Shown here one piece after another: positions 1-14,329 of a stretch of 64,000 bases of DNA. The stretch's first letter is position 1, and each line of letters opens with the position of its first letter. A program made the position numbers and the translations under genes. This stretch comes from the human T2T-CHM13v2.0 reference genome, Homo sapiens. The stretch is from NCBI RefSeq assembly GCF_009914755.1, contig NC_060926.1; one strand, 5' to 3'. The notes below the pieces were generated by a model. It did no database searches. It saw only the letters and a list, made by a program, of their open reading frames with translations, and had not been told where the DNA came from.

Positions 1-1374
1 GCTAGAGCATAGTGAGTGAGAGGAAGAGAAGTTGAGATGCAATTACAAGAAGTCATAGTAACCTATGGTGAAACATGTCGATTTTATTGTAAGGGCAATG
101 GGAAACAGGTCAAACAATTTAGAATATCTGGAAAAATGGGTAACTGAAATCCTCTTTGAGTTCCACTGCTTGTCAAACACTTTTAAAAATTGAACATTAG
201 ATAATTTGAAAATATCTTTTCTGGCAGGAACCTGAAAGTAAGAAAATCAGTGAATGTCAAGTTCCTCACCTCTAATTGCCATCTGAATTTGAGTACAGTA
301 TTTGACAAGCCATATGATTCCAGAAAATTTTTAAGTGTCAGGTCTGTTCCAACAGATTAATCAAAGGACACTCAAGTTCCCAAAATTGTGTGCCAGAAAG
401 TGGAATTTGGCATAAAATTTATACAATATGGTCATAATAATTTTCTTCTGAAAAAAAACAAAAAAGTAAAAGTGGGTGTTTCCAATCATTCATGGTAGCC
501 ATAAACATATCAATAAGGTAACACCAGAATGCCTAATATTAATCAAAGACATTTTCCTGGTACATCTCCAAGATAAAATGTTTATAAAAATATACCCCTA
601 GGTAACTAAATGAATTGACCTATGATATGAAGTTGTTAACTATAAGCCAATTAATCTTTGGAGATCTGCCAAAATGATTATTAAAGCTTTACAGTGGGTG
701 TTATTAAGCCATACTTTCTGACAGTAATTAGGTGACAGGATCAGTTATCCACTGAGGCCACTCTTAGTTGATGACAGTGAAACACATGATTAGCATATAC
801 AGCCATTCTTCCCCTCCCTTTGGTCTTTTCCTTGGGGTAGAGACAAGGAATTTTCTCATCAGTCAAGTCAGCCAGTAGAAAGTCTGCTTTCTCTAACCTG
901 GGTTCTTGGGACTTCTAGGTAGTGGACTGCCTCGGGAGTAAGAATTTGATAATTATTCTAGTCTAGCTAAAGTTTTTCAATAGATGAGAGGATTTGAGCT
1001 ACTGGACAACCTCACCAAACCAGTTAAGAAGATGAAAAATATTAACTACATAGACCCAAAGACATAGTCTAAGATGGTCCAGGTCTGCCTTTTATGTTGT
1101 TTTGTGAAGAGGCACCACATTTCTGAGAGATTCAATAATATAATGTATTCCTGGTCTAGATTCGGCCACTCATCTCAGCCTGATTTGAGGAAGCAACACA
1201 CTATCTTACAGTATTTTTTAGACTCATAAAATTTTGAAGCAGATAGAAAAGGTAATTTGGAGAGGTCTCTCAAAAATCTTTTAGAAACAGGAAAATTAAG
1301 ACTTATGTGAATTACATAACTTGCTCAAGGGCAAGCTTATTAGTGATTGGCCTATACGGATATGTGCCGTGATT

Positions 1375-1935
1375 AATTTATTAGTTCAATAAGTTCTTAT
1401 TGAGTGCCTACCTTTTTCAAACATTATGATTGAGGATTCAATGATAAAAATGATTTTTTTAAACTGTCCTTATGGAGTTTACAGTCCACCAGGGACAACA
1501 TATACTAAATAAGTTTTATAATTCATTGTTAGAAAAATGACTAGAATGTAAAAATAGAAGCATGCTAAAAAATACACATGAGGGGTTAGGCTGATTTGAG
1601 GAATCCAAAAAGGCTTTCATGAGAAAGTAATATTAATGTTGATACCCAAAACAAGAGTTAATCAGGAAATGATAAGGGGTAAATGATGGAGTTTATAAGG
1701 GGAAGAAGAAGAAAGAAAACAAAGCCAAGAGTCGTGTGTAAAAGTCATGAGGCAGGTAGAAGCAAGGCGTGTACAAAGGTATTAATAAAGTCCAGTGTGA
1801 CTGACATACAGGAAGTAAAAATGGACTTACAAGGAGGCTGGAGAATTTGTTGGGGGACAGATCAGGCAGGGTCGCAATAGAATTTTAGATCATATCCCAA
1901 GAGCAATGGGAAAATATTGAATAGTTTTAAAAGAT
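1375..1935 (-). mobile_element. L2 LINE 3' fragment (ancient)
   Basis: Starts with the reverse complement of the L2 tail (ttcaataagttcttattgagtgcctac), followed by the purine-rich L2 body (ggctttcatgagaaagtaat..., gagcaatgggaaaatattgaatagtttt). Boundaries approximate. Confidence 0.6.
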
Positions 1936-1939
1936 CATG

Positions 1940-2480
1940 AATTTAAAAAATTTTAGAATAAGTAATTCATGCACATGGTTCAACATTCAAAATGTAAACA
2001 GAGTGTACAATGAAAACAAATCTCATCCTTCCACAACTGTCCCCCGGGTAGTAATTTCTCTTCTCCAGAGCAGCTACTTTTATGAAAATATTCAAAAGTG
2101 CATACATACCACAATACACTTTTTAAACTCTAATTATAGCATACTGTCCCACTCATTACTTTTTTCACTTAAGAATACATTTCAGATTTTTCCACATCAT
2201 TACATTGACAGTTGCCCCATTCTTTTTAATTATTTCATAAAATATCATTGTATAAATAAGTCAGATCATATTTAATTATTCCTATAGTGATGAAATTATA
2301 GGTTATTTTTAATATTTTGCTATTACAAACAATGTGGAAATAACTATTTGTACACATATGGGTATATCCCACACACATGTAGGCACACATATAGAAAATA
2401 ATTTCCCATAAATGGTATTACTGGATCAAAGTGAATGTACATTTTTATTTTTGATAGCTATTGAAAATTTCCCTAACAGT
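1940..2480 (-). mobile_element. L1ME-type 3' end fragment
   Basis: Antisense L1 3'UTR motifs: ttttgctattacaaacaatg, ggtattactggatcaaag, tttttgatagctattg. Confidence 0.6.
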
Positions 2481-2488
2481 TCTCTATT

Positions 2489-2930
2489 TGTATCAATTAG
2501 CCTTTTTGGTGTAACAAGCCACCTCCCCAATTATTGGCATAAAACAATAGGCATTTATTAACTCACATTCTGTAGACTGGCAGTCTGGATGGGCTCAACT
2601 GGGCAGTTTTGATGGTCTTTCGAGTGTTCCTTCATGTGGCTGCTGTCAGCTGGTGGCTGATTAGTCCTAGATATGCTCATTCACATGTCTGGAATTTGAT
2701 GGATTAAAGGAAGTGATAGAGCTCTAAGTTCTTAGCAGCTTACAGGCTATCCTGTGTTGTTTTCACATGGTGGCTGGGTTCCAAAAGCAAGAAAAGTGGA
2801 AGCCCCAATGAGTAAGCACATGTTGAGCCTTTGCATGCATTATGTTTGCTAGCATCCCATTGGGCAAACCAGCCACACAGCCAAACTCTGCTTAAGGTGT
2901 GGAAAGAGACCTCACCTCTCAATGGGAATA
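2489..2930 (-). mobile_element. MaLR LTR (MLT1F/G/H-like)
   Basis: tgtatcaattagc...gtaacaagccacc, ggcatttattaactcacattctg, gggctcaactgggcagtt, cacatggtggctgggttcc resemble antisense MLT1. Confidence 0.65.
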
Positions 2931-3458
2931 TTCACATGCACATTTTCCTTCTTGATGTGCAGTTTCATGTACTTTGAAAAATTAACTTGCAGAAGTTTTA
3001 ATATACAGAGGAAATTGGGCCTTTGTTCATTATTTATATCTCAATTATTTTTTCCATTTTGATTTTCGTTGTTTTTTCACTTGACTTTATCTATGGTAGG
3101 TTTTTATTTATTTCTCTGAAAAGAAAGAACAGCTACTTTTAAGTTGTCAATTCATATATAATAAGGGTTTTACGTACACTTCAGATTTTGTCTGTCTGAG
3201 ATTACTACTTATGGAAAAACACATTTTTAAAAATGTATCTGATCCACTTGGAGATTTAGGAGAGAGAGAAGTAGACAATATTAGTTCTCTTTTTAAATTT
3301 GGAAGTTTATCTAGATACCCTGACACTATTGAATAATTCTTATTTCCTCTACTTATATGCTTGTTACATTTACCATATACTGCATTCCTGTATGTTCCTG
3401 AACATCTTTATCTGCTCCAATAATCTATTTGTCTATTTATAAGAGCAATGTTTCTAGT

Positions 3459-3945
3459 ATATGTTAGTCAGGGCTGTCATAGGAGATCGGCGGTACATTT
3501 AAAGGGTTATTTGAAGAGAATGAAACATACTGTATACACAGGAGTGGGCAAAGTTAAGGGAATTAACAAGGATGTTGAGTAGCAGGGAGTAGCAACAATA
3601 GGAAGACCTTTACACCTGCATCCCCGGAGAACCACAAGAGGAATCACTGTTGCCATAACCCAAGAAGGGTTCTGCAGCCATTGAAAAGACTGGACCAAAA
3701 GTAGCTGTGGCCATAGAAGATTCCAACCACTTTCACAGTTACAGCCCCAGCACAAAAGGAGCGTGAGCCAAGGAAATATATAACCTGACTTCCTTCTCTT
3801 CCCTTCCCTCTAATCTCCTGCTGGTGCCTGCCATTGTAGAATTCAATCGTTAGCATGTCTGATGATAAATCCACAGAGTTTCAGTCCCCCAGGATCTCAA
3901 ATCAGGGTAGAGAAAGGCAGGATGATGGTTCTAGAATAGACAATG
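3459..3945 (-). mobile_element. LTR33 (ERVL) solo LTR
   Basis: tgttagtcaggg..., gtgggcaaagttaagggaattaacaaggatg, ccctctaatctcctgctggtgcctgccattg match the reverse complement of the LTR33 consensus as recalled. Confidence 0.65.
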
Positions 3946-4094
3946 ACCAGTTTATTCTATGATTTTAACTATCATAATTTTAAAATATGATTTGTTAAAA
4001 GGCTGGTGCCTTCTCATTATTACTCAACTTTGATAAGCTCCACTTAATTCATGCTATTAATTTTTCTATATGAAGTTTATCTTATTTTTTTCTA

Positions 4095-5900
4095 AAAATT
4101 TGCTTCAGTAAAGTTTGTTTTTGAAATAACTCTATGCAGAAAAGTGCACATATCATAAATACACAGCTTGATATTTTTGTATAGTGAACACACCCATGTA
4201 ATTACCACCCAGATCAAAGAACAGAATAGAACCAGTTCCCTAGAAGCCCCTTTTCATCTCTACCTCTTCACCATTATTCTATTTCTAACACCATAAATTA
4301 GTTGTGCCTGCTTTGATTATATAAACAGTATCAACACCATATACCCTTTTGTGTCTGGCTTTTTTGGCTCAAAAATATGTTTATAAATTTCATCTCTGTT
4401 TTTCTATGTAGCTGCAGATTGTTCATCTCATTGTTGAATCATAGTATCTTGTATGAATATAACATCCTTTATTTATCTATTCTATTGATGGACATTTGGG
4501 TAGTTGGCTGGTTTTCGGCTCTTCTGAATAGGGCTGCTATGAACATCCGTGTACATGGCTTTTGGTGAATATATGTGTTTATTTATGTTGGCCATTTATC
4601 TGGGAGGAGAATTGCTGAGTTAGAGAGCGTGCATATGTGGTAAGCCTTAGTAGATGCTTCCAAACAGTTTTTCAAAGTTGTTTTTAATCAACATACACTC
4701 TCACTAGTAGTACATGAGTTTCATTTGCTCCACACCCTCACCTACATGTGTATTTTTTTTTTTGGTACAGTATTTTGGCTATTGTGGAAGAGGCATGGTG
4801 ATTTGCAAGGTAATTTAAATTTGCAATTTCTATGATGACTAATTGAAGCTGCATAGCTTTCATGTTTATTGACATCTATTGTGAACTGGTTGCTGAAATC
4901 TTTTGCCTATTATCGCTGGGTTTTCTTTTTTTCTTACTGGTTTATAGAAGTGTTTTATCTATTCTGGATTTGAACCCTTTATTGATTATAGTTGAATATG
5001 TGTTTTTGTGTGTGTATTGCACATTTTTTCCTTTCTATCATTTGCCTTTTTCTGAATTTCATTGGTGTATTCTGACGGATCAATCTTAAGGTTGAATTAT
5101 TAAATTGAACAATGTTTTACTTTTTGGTTAGCATGAATTGTATACCATTTCAGAAATTTTTGCATACCTACTCAAATGTCATGATGTGCTTATCTATGTT
5201 TTTAATTTGATAACTTTACAGTTTTCTCTTTCACATTTACATTTGCAATCCATCTAGAGGTTATTTTTGCATATGGTGTGAAGTAAGAGTTAAGATTTAT
5301 TGCTTCCCCAGGTTTGTTCATCGAAAAGATTATACTTTCTCCACTGTGTTGCTTGTTTTTAGTTTATTGGGGTCACTTTAAACTTATAAATTAATTTGTG
5401 GAGCATTGACATTCAAGAACAGAGATTGCTTTTCCATTTATTCTAGTCTTTGGCTTTCTTAGTAACACTTTAATGTTTTCTACATAAATATATACATTTC
5501 CCGGGCTTATTCCTAGTTATGTTATTTTTTCAAAATTATGTCTATAAATGGCATATTTTCTTCCATTATATCCTCTAACAGGTTTTTATTTGTATATATT
5601 GAGGCTATTATATTTGTATATTGATTTTGTACCCAGCAATTTTACTGAAGTCTTTTAGTGTTTGTTATTATTTTCAGTTGTTTCTCTTGAGTTCTGTAAG
5701 ATTTAATCTGCAAATAGTGAGTTTTCTTTTTTTTGTAGAAATTTTTACGTCCTCTACTTTTCACTCGACTTTCTTTCAGCTGATTCTTCTGAAAGAATTA
5801 TAAATATTAATATTAGTGATAGCTGATATATTTGTTGTGTTTCTAATCTTAAGAAGATACTTCTAGGCGTGTTTCCATAAAGTATAATCATGTTAAAAAA
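4095..5900 (-). mobile_element. L1ME 3'UTR plus ORF2-end fragments
   Basis: cacccatgtaattaccacccagatcaaag, tgatggacatttgggtagtt, gctgctatgaacatccgtgtacatg, ttttgcatatggtgtgaagtaag, tgattttgtacccagcaattttactgaa. Confidence 0.75.
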
Positions 5901-6179
5901 TATCCATCAGTTTCTTATTGTATTTAGAATAGTTATGTGCACATTTGTAAATGAGTAATCAGTCTGTTTTGCTCTTTTTTGTTTTATTTTCGTCTGGTTT
6001 CATACCTGTAGTATATTAGGACTTTCAAAATTAAAGACATGATATCAATCCCTTTGAAGTCTTCCAGGATTGGTGCTTTTTGTTGAGAAGGAGATGACTT
6101 TTGAAAATTACTTAACTCATAATCATTCTTTTGAGATTCTGTTTTAATTTTAATATGATTTTGTATTTATATGAAATTG

Positions 6180-6875
6180 TCTTCATGACTAGATGAGATT
6201 ATGTGTTATGGGGAGGAAGACCACAAAGGTGAAGTGTCATTTTCATCACATCTCCCTTATAAAATTTCTTATTTTCCTTATTCTGTGCTATCTTCTTTGG
6301 AAGAAAACCAGGATGTGCAGCCCACACTTGAGCGGGGAGTTAAGTTCCATCGCCTTTGAGTGCAGAGGGTCTTCACTGAAGATGTACCTCTTCTCCAAAA
6401 TTTATTAGTCATTTATTTACATCAGTATGGGCTCCTGGATATCTGTTTATACAATGGTTTTTAATCCAATACAACTTTATTTTGTTGCTCAAATCACTCC
6501 AGCATTGACCATCCAGGGCTGTCTTCATTTGACTCCTTTCTCTTTGACCTATTCCTATCGTTGTGATTTTTCCTTTTCTACGCACTTCTTACTTTCTGAC
6601 TCTACAAGATTAGAAGATGCTCCATGTTCAGCTGGTATATTTCTTGACAAAATCCTAGAATCAGCGATTTCTCCAAGGGGCCCTGATTGCTTTTATTTGG
6701 ACACTAGTGGTAGAAACCAACATCTGAGTGCTATGTGTAATCATTACTAATGGGGTGTCATTGTTTCTCGGCCTTCTCAGCTGACAGAGCAAGGGAATAT
6801 CTGTGTGCATGCTAACTTATGTGTATACACATATGTATAAATAGTTTTTATATATAGCCATCTCTATCTACATTA
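6180..6875 (-). mobile_element. L1MC/L1MD 3' end fragment
   Basis: gggaggaagaccacaaaggtgaagtgtcattttcatcacatc, cctagaatcagcgatttctccaagggg, tcagctgacagagcaagggaatat. Same family as 35270-37250. Confidence 0.7.
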
Positions 6876-6909
6876 AGCTATATTAATGGAGCTATATTAA
6901 CAGCTATAT

Positions 6910-7271
6910 TAAGTCCTAACCAACGGTAACTCAGAATATGATTATTTGGATATAGGTCCTTTAAAGGGGGTAATTAAATTAAAATGAGGCCATTAAATTG
7001 GGCTCTAATCCAATATGACTGGTTTATTTATAAGAAGATAAAATTTGGACAAGCAGAGGGACACTAGGGATGCATACGCAAAGAAGCACCATGTGATGAC
7101 ACAGTGAGAAGGTGGCCATTTGCAAACCAAGGAATGGCTTTTGTTGAAAGACAAATCTACTGACACATTGACCTTGGACTTCCATCCTCCAGAACTATGA
7201 GAAAATAAATTTATTTTCTAAGCAACCCAGTTTGTGGCATTTTGTTATAGCAGTCCTAGCAAGCTAACACA
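6910..7271 (+). mobile_element. MLT1B-like MaLR LTR (5' truncated)
   Basis: ctaatccaatatgactgg, gagaaggtggccatttgcaaaccaagg, ttggacttccatcctccagaactatgagaaaataaattt; ends ctagcaagctaacaca. Confidence 0.8.
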
Positions 7272-7274
7272 GAT

Positions 7275-8290
7275 ACCTCATTTCTTTTTAGTCACTGAAT
7301 AGCCACTATATGAATATAGCACAGTTTTTTCCATTTACCTATTGAAATATATCTTGGTTGCTGCCAGTCCTCAGTAGAGAGAATTGGCTGCTATAAATAT
7401 TAACATGCAAGTTTACTTGTGGACATACATATTTAAATTAGCTGTATAAGTACCTAGAAGCACAATTTTTAGATTATGTGGTAAGACTATGTTTAGCTAT
7501 CTAAGAAACTATTGAAATGGTGGATTTACAATGATAAATTTTCAAATGTTGAACCAGCGTTGCATACCACGTGGATCCAAGTTCCACTTGGTTGTGGTGT
7601 ATAATTTTTATACATCATTAGATTTGATTTGGTAATAATTTATTGAGGATTTTGTATCTAGGTTCATGAGGATTATTGGTCTGTAGTTTCCTTTCTTATA
7701 ATTCCTTGACTTGTTTGGTATTAGGTTAATACCTGTTTGTGACAAAGTCCTTTTAATGTTTGTTTCACAGCATGTCTGGTGGCAATGAGTTCTTTCAGCT
7801 TTTGTTTGGAAAGTTTTTTATTTCTCCTACACTTGTGAAGGATAATTTGCTGGATGTACATTTCTAGGTGGTATTTTTTTCCTCTCAACACTTTAAATAT
7901 TATATTTCTTGCTTAAATGATTTCTGATGGGAAGTTTGTTGTAATTATTATTCTTTTTCTGTTGATAAAGGTATTTTTTTCTTTCTACATTCTTTCAGGA
8001 TTTTCTTTTTGGGTTTAAATTTCTGAAGTTTGAATATGATATACTTAGGTATAGACTGTGGCATTTATTCTGCCTGCTTCATGTTCTCTGAACTTCCTGG
8101 ATTTTTGGTTTGTTATCTAACATAAATTTTGGAAAATTCCAGGCTATAATTATTTTAAAAATTTTCTTCTCCTTCTGTAATTCCAATTTTGCATGTGTTT
8201 TACCTTTGAAATTGTTCCACAGGTCTTGAATGTTCTGTTCTCTTCTATATTGTTCTTTTTTTCTCCTTGCTTTTCAGTTTGGCAGGGTTG
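7275..8290 (-). mobile_element. L1M fragments (3'UTR, ORF2 and ORF1/5' pieces)
   Basis: atgttgaaccagcgttgcatacc, tattgaggattttgtatctaggttcatgaggattattggtctgtagttt, gaaggataatttgctggatgtaca. Confidence 0.65.
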
Positions 8291-9371
8291 GTTGAGTTTC
8301 CCCCCTTTTCTAGTTTTTTAAAAATAATGCATCTATATCTACACCTATATTCCTGTACATAGAGGGACATAGATACATTTACATCATGTAAAGACATAGA
8401 TATCATTTATTAATACATCTTTAGTTTTTATCCATCACTTTTCAGAATGAATAAAATTAGTATATATTTTCTTCTTTTGAGCCCCTTCTCCTTATGAAAT
8501 GATTTCCATGGATAACATTATTTTTATTAGGTTATCTATTGATTACCTCCTTTAAAAACTTATATCCCTTACTTGATTTACTAAGTTTAAATAATGCATT
8601 TTATATTCTGTGTAAGAAATAGAGGATATTAGTGTTATATGCCTCTCTCTCCTTTTTACAATTTTAATTTCTATTATTTCCAATTAATTTCCCCAAACCT
8701 CTTTTCTATATCTATTACTGTGTTTTTAGCAGTATTGTCTCCTTTTTTTTCTGATGGATTTTTGTGATTCTAACTCACTTTTTTCTGAGCTGTGTAAGAC
8801 TATGTTTCATCTCCCTCTATTCTCTCGCTACTTTTTTTCCTGAGTTCTTGTAGTTCTTCTTTGAAGTCCTTGATTAATTCACTTAGTTGTTTTGAATTCA
8901 CGGCAGTGTGCCTGGCTATGATTTTCATCTACTTGGTGGCAATATTTTTTCCAGTTATTGTGTTTTTGGTCTACCATTTGTTTTCCCTGTTCCTTTCTTC
9001 TTAAAGTATTTTTAAATGATTCTGTGCAGTATCCTTTTTCTATAATAACACATTTTGATTGAGGTGACTAATCACATTTGAGCCAGTCATTTGCACAAAA
9101 TCTATGTGAGGCAGTGCCTGGGCAATATTATAACTGGCAGAGATTTATTTGTATGTGAGTTGTTCAGCCTTTATTTGCCCTCCCATCCTCACATCAACAA
9201 TTGTCTTTTCAGCAACCAAAGATGGTTATAATTCAGTCTCACCCTAGACTCATCTGTGGGCTACCTTCTGTAAAGATGGTGTGTCTATGTTCTCATTCTG
9301 TGATGCCAAATTTATTCTCGAGAAAGTCCACACCTCCATCCATGTACTCTCTTCCTATTGTTCTAAACAAT

Positions 9372-9855
9372 GTTCCCAGGCAGGATATCCACAGAAAGCA
9401 GGCAGCCCATCTAAATGGAGTAACTGAGGATAATTTGTTATAGAGTTTGCTTATAAGAGTATAGTCTTATGTAGGCAGACCACTAAGAGATGATGAAGTA
9501 CCATATGACTAACAACAGGGAGCCAGAATCTCTGAAGGACAAAGGGCATAGGAGATGGAGTTGGTATGGGGAAAGATCCTGCTGGCCACCTAACCGGATC
9601 TGTGTCCTTTTGTAAAGAAACATGGCCACTGCCAAACTTGTGGCTCAATAGGGAAAGAACTGGTGGATAAATATTTCAACCATACTATCTTCCTACTCTA
9701 TCATCTTCTGAGATGATTTTTATTAACCAAATCTAATGGGAAGCTAAAGGCAGAGGCACCTGGTTAATGCAGTCCACGGGAGTCAGCTGACTGCAGGACA
9801 GAACAGGTTAGAATAGGTGTAGAGTGGATCTGCAGGAGCAAACCCAACATCAAGC
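9372..9855 (-). mobile_element. LTR33-family LTR, more diverged copy
   Basis: ggaagctaaaggcagaggcacctggttaatgcagtccac...gagtggatctgcaggagcaaa matches the antisense LTR33 5' end. Confidence 0.55.
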
Positions 9856-10953
9856 TTTTAAGTACATTTGATTTTGAATTTCAGGGGTTATATTAGACAA
9901 AACATGGTAAACTCTGTCTGAAACTCTGTCTGAAATACATTTTTTTTTCCTTGATGTATTCTTGCATTCTTGTTTTATCTTCACTGCACTTGGTGACTTC
10001 TTCAGTGTTTTAATGGATTTTTAAGAATTTCATTAAAGGTAAATTTTGGAATTTTGTTTCTTGCTGTATTGGGTGATTATCAAGAAGTTGAGGTTAATAA
10101 TTTAACTTATTACTCTGGCTGCAGTATAACAATGATTTGCAAAAACACAGGATTGGGCATGAAGACTTCTGGGAGATTGTTATAGTATTCTAGGTGATAG
10201 AGGATAATGACTTGGATTTGGGTGGTGATTGTAAAAAAAATGGTGGCAAGTGTATGAATTCTAAAATACATAACATGTTTAGCAGGACTTGGTTGATTGG
10301 TTCAACATGATGAGTGAGGTAGAAAGAAATATGGATAACTTCCACATTTCTGGCATGAGCAATGAGCAACTATATGGATGGTGATTCCATTTACTAAGAA
10401 AGTTGTTTCACAAAAATGAACTCATCTTCAGACACCTTAAGTCTCATGCTCCTCATACTTAAGGAGATAGAGAGCAATTTTAAAAGTAACATTAACACTT
10501 TTTAAAAAACCATAAATTTGATTAGAAGGTAAGTAAATAATATTATAACCTTGACAGTAGGATATGGCTAAACATTTTATATATTTCCCAGGCATAAACA
10601 AGTTGATGAAACATTCCTTCATATCCTCCTACTTTGTGAAATAAATTTCTGTCTTTTCCATCTAGCAGTGGAAAGGGGTAGAACAGTGAACGGCTCAGTG
10701 ATGCTAGAGGATATGATATGAGTGAATGCTGGGACTTTATGGTGAGTAGACATTAAAAGGGCTAATGCCTTAGACAGGAGAGAAGCTATGTTCTCTATGC
10801 AGATGAAGGGGGTGTGGCCTTGTTGGTTATCCCTAAAAGGACAGAGGTGAGTACACAGTGCTTGGGTAAGATAAACTAAGTTCACCATTCCTCAGTCCTT
10901 ACTTCAGCCTGAAGAAACACAAACTTATTTGGAATCTGGGAGCCCTTTGTTTA

Positions 10954-10972
10954 TGTGTGTGTGTGTGTGTGT
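10954..10972. repeat. (TG)9 microsatellite
   Basis: Directly visible. Confidence 0.95.
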
Positions 10973-11139
10973 ATTTGACAATGTGTGGAAGAGAGTAGGC
11001 CGTACTTCATAAGCCTCCCTGATCCACCAACAGATATATACATTTTGTCAGTGGGTAAAAGTTGCTAGTCCAGTAAAAGTGTTTCTTGTCCGTAATTGTC
11101 ATACCTTCTCCTTATAAGATAAAGAATATAGGGCTCAGG

Positions 11140-12170
11140 TTACACAGAAAACATTTGATAAGGAGTAGGTTTGGGAATAAAAATCATAAGTTTAGTTTTG
11201 GCATATGGAGTTTCAGGTACCTAGGAGCTATCCAAGTGCAGACTTCAGTTCAACAGTGAGATAAACAATCTGAGGTTCCTAAGGGAGTTCTGAGTAGGAG
11301 ACATAATTTTGGGTGTTACTATCATATAGAAGGTAATTGAAGCTGTAGGAGGGAATAAGATGAGTTAGCAACAGTTTCAAGTGAGAAGAAAAGCACTGTG
11401 GAGAACCAGGGATTTCATTCCCCACCCCCACCTACATTTAAAGGCTGAGTAAAGGAAGATGAGGGAGACTGAGGCAGGTTGGTCATAGTGAAGTGGGAGG
11501 AAAACAAGAAAAATCTGGGGTCCTAGGGCCCAAGGAAAACTGTGTTTTAAAAAGGACTGAGGGTTCAATATTGTCAAATACTGTTAAAAAGTCTTATAAA
11601 ATGAAGAAGCAAAACTTTGAGTCACAAAGGTTATTGACTTTATTGAACATTGTTTTCATGCGTGGTGTAGCAGAAGCACACTGGATGGGTTGAAGAGTCA
11701 GTTGAAGGTAGAGACAGTGAAGATAGAGAATTCTTTATAAGAGTTAAGAGGACAAAAGCCATAGAAGAGTAGCTTAGGAGAATGTGGGGTCTAAGAACTT
11801 TATTTCTTTTTTTCTAAGGGAATGAGTAAGGCGTACTTAAGTGCTAAGAGATAGAATCTAGTAGAGGAGAGATGCAGCGTAGGAGGCAAGGGAAGATAAT
11901 CTCCAGCCATGAAGTTGATGAGAAGTTGAAAAGTAAGAAAGACAGGAGGAGCGATACTTCCTCCATTTTCAGAGTAGGAAAATGGGTGAATCTGAGTGCC
12001 TGTGTGAGTAGGTATGCATAATTAGTCATGAGAGTGGTAGATGTTTCTCTGAAGCTTCTATTTTATCGGCAAAATCAGATAGAGATAGAGGATCATTCTC
12101 TGAAATGGCAGAGGATGGAGAAAGGTCAGAGACCTGTGAGGAGAATATAGGAGACCTGAAATCATCCTTT
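11140..12170 (-). mobile_element. L2 body fragment; continues the piece at ~10165-10400
   Basis: aagtttagttttggcatatggagtttcaggtacct, catatagaaggtaattgaagctgtaggagggaataagatg, gggttgaagagtcagttgaagg. Confidence 0.6.
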
Positions 12171-12755
12171 TAGGGTGTTACAAAATAAGCCAGGCAATCT
12201 TGAGGGTGGCCTTGATGAGTTGTGTGAACACAAGCATATCCCATTGTATTATTTTTCTCCAGAAATCTGTAGCCGTCTGAAATAGATGAAAAGATATGAA
12301 TCTGGCATCTCAGCCTGGTGGAGAAAGTTTCTATGCTGTCTCTTTCTGACATAATTAAGAGTTGACCATGGGAAGTTAGTTTGATCTCTGTAGAAGATCA
12401 ACACCTTTTGTTGCTTAATAGAAGAAACTTTTCTACTTTTCTGGTAGATGCTCCAACTAAGGTGATCCTATTCTCTTAAATAAGATATCCCCCACAACAA
12501 TGATTGGAAATGCCAACAAGTGGATTTGAGAGTGAGAAATTAATATGTCTTTCACAATTAGTCATTTGCCTCCATCCTCTACTTAATATTCAATATATAG
12601 TGCTTTTTAAAATACTGAAATGCCTGTGTGGTAGGCACAACGGATTAAATAATATTGAACATAGCTTTTCCTTCAGGGAATTTATGACATCCTAAGCTTA
12701 GCTGTAAGAGGCTGTTTTCTTAACATTTACATTAAAAACCTTCAAAATACTTTAA

Positions 12756-12964
<209 letters not shown>

Positions 12965-14329
12965 TAAAAATGAGGCGCTTCAAGGACAGTATGCTTTTTA
13001 ATGCATTGTCTATGTCACAAACTAGACTTAGGAATTTCTGATTTTCCTGGTATTCTGATAACATTTTTCTTTAAAAAGAATGACAATCTGCCTTCATGTG
13101 CTCTGGGCCAGTAAAATGGAAAAGCACAGGTAGAGGGGTGAAAATTTAGATAGTTAAAATAATTGGAGACTAAATCTCACTTTCCCAAAATTCTTTTTCT
13201 TATCTGTACTTGAAGTACTTTGTGTTTTCCTACCTCTCAATCCATCACTGCTGAGGAATGTCACAAAGGTTAAAAGCATTTAAAATAAGGTTCTCATAAG
13301 GTGGGGGAGTGGAAGCCACACTGGAGTGTGTTGAAGAGTGAATAGAAGAAGCAAAGTTAGCAGACAACTCTTTCCAGTTGGTGAGAAAGTTAGCTCCTTG
13401 AGTCTTAAGTACTGGCATGCATAAAAAATTTCACTGTGTCTATCCAAACCCAAAATAGAGAGAATGAAATGAAACCTGCCATTTTCAGCTGCTCTAGGTG
13501 ACCTGTTCAGAATTACTAAGAAGCAGGGATACTATAAATCTTTTTTGTGTAAGAATTGTTTTTGTAAAAGGCATGTGTGGGCAGCTATCGTTTAAGACTA
13601 AAATATTTTGACAAATCAAAACTTCAAGTAGAGCCACTGTGACTAAATTTAAGTCTATACATTGAGGTATAAAATGGCACTAATCACATACTACAGCTGT
13701 CAAACTCCCTGGCAGAGTGGATTAGTAGAAAAAGAAGCCATAAAAGAACAAGGAAAAAAGTATCTGACAGGGGAAAAGATGGTTATAAATACAACAGATT
13801 TTATCTGTAGATTCAAATGTTTTTACTGAACATGCCAAGAAAAGTTAATTTAGAATCTCTTTAAGAAGATTTAGAAAGTCAAAATAAACATGAAAAAGAT
13901 AGGCTATGCAAATGACATTGAAAAGAATGGAAAGAAATCTTCAATAATTTTTAATCAAAGTTTGGTAATCTCATTGAATTTGAATGCAATTCTAACTTGC
14001 AGATATTAGGAAACTTGAGATCAGGTTTGTTTTTCCTATTGATATTCAGCTGGAAGGCTAAGTCATACATTATTTAAATAAAGAATAATCCATTTGAAAG
14101 GGGCTAGATCAAACTCATAGAGGCATGTATTATTCTCCCAGAACTTCACAGACTATGAAGGCAAGTAGAAGACTCCAGAGGTCATGCAGTTCATTTTTCT
14201 GCACTTAGAGCACTCCAGAAAGACAGCTTTGTTTCTTCTTATTAATTTTGCAGACAGGCAGTTGCTATACTGCTGGTCCAATTCCCCCATTAAATTTTGG
14301 TTCAAATATTTCTACTATCATCTTCAACA

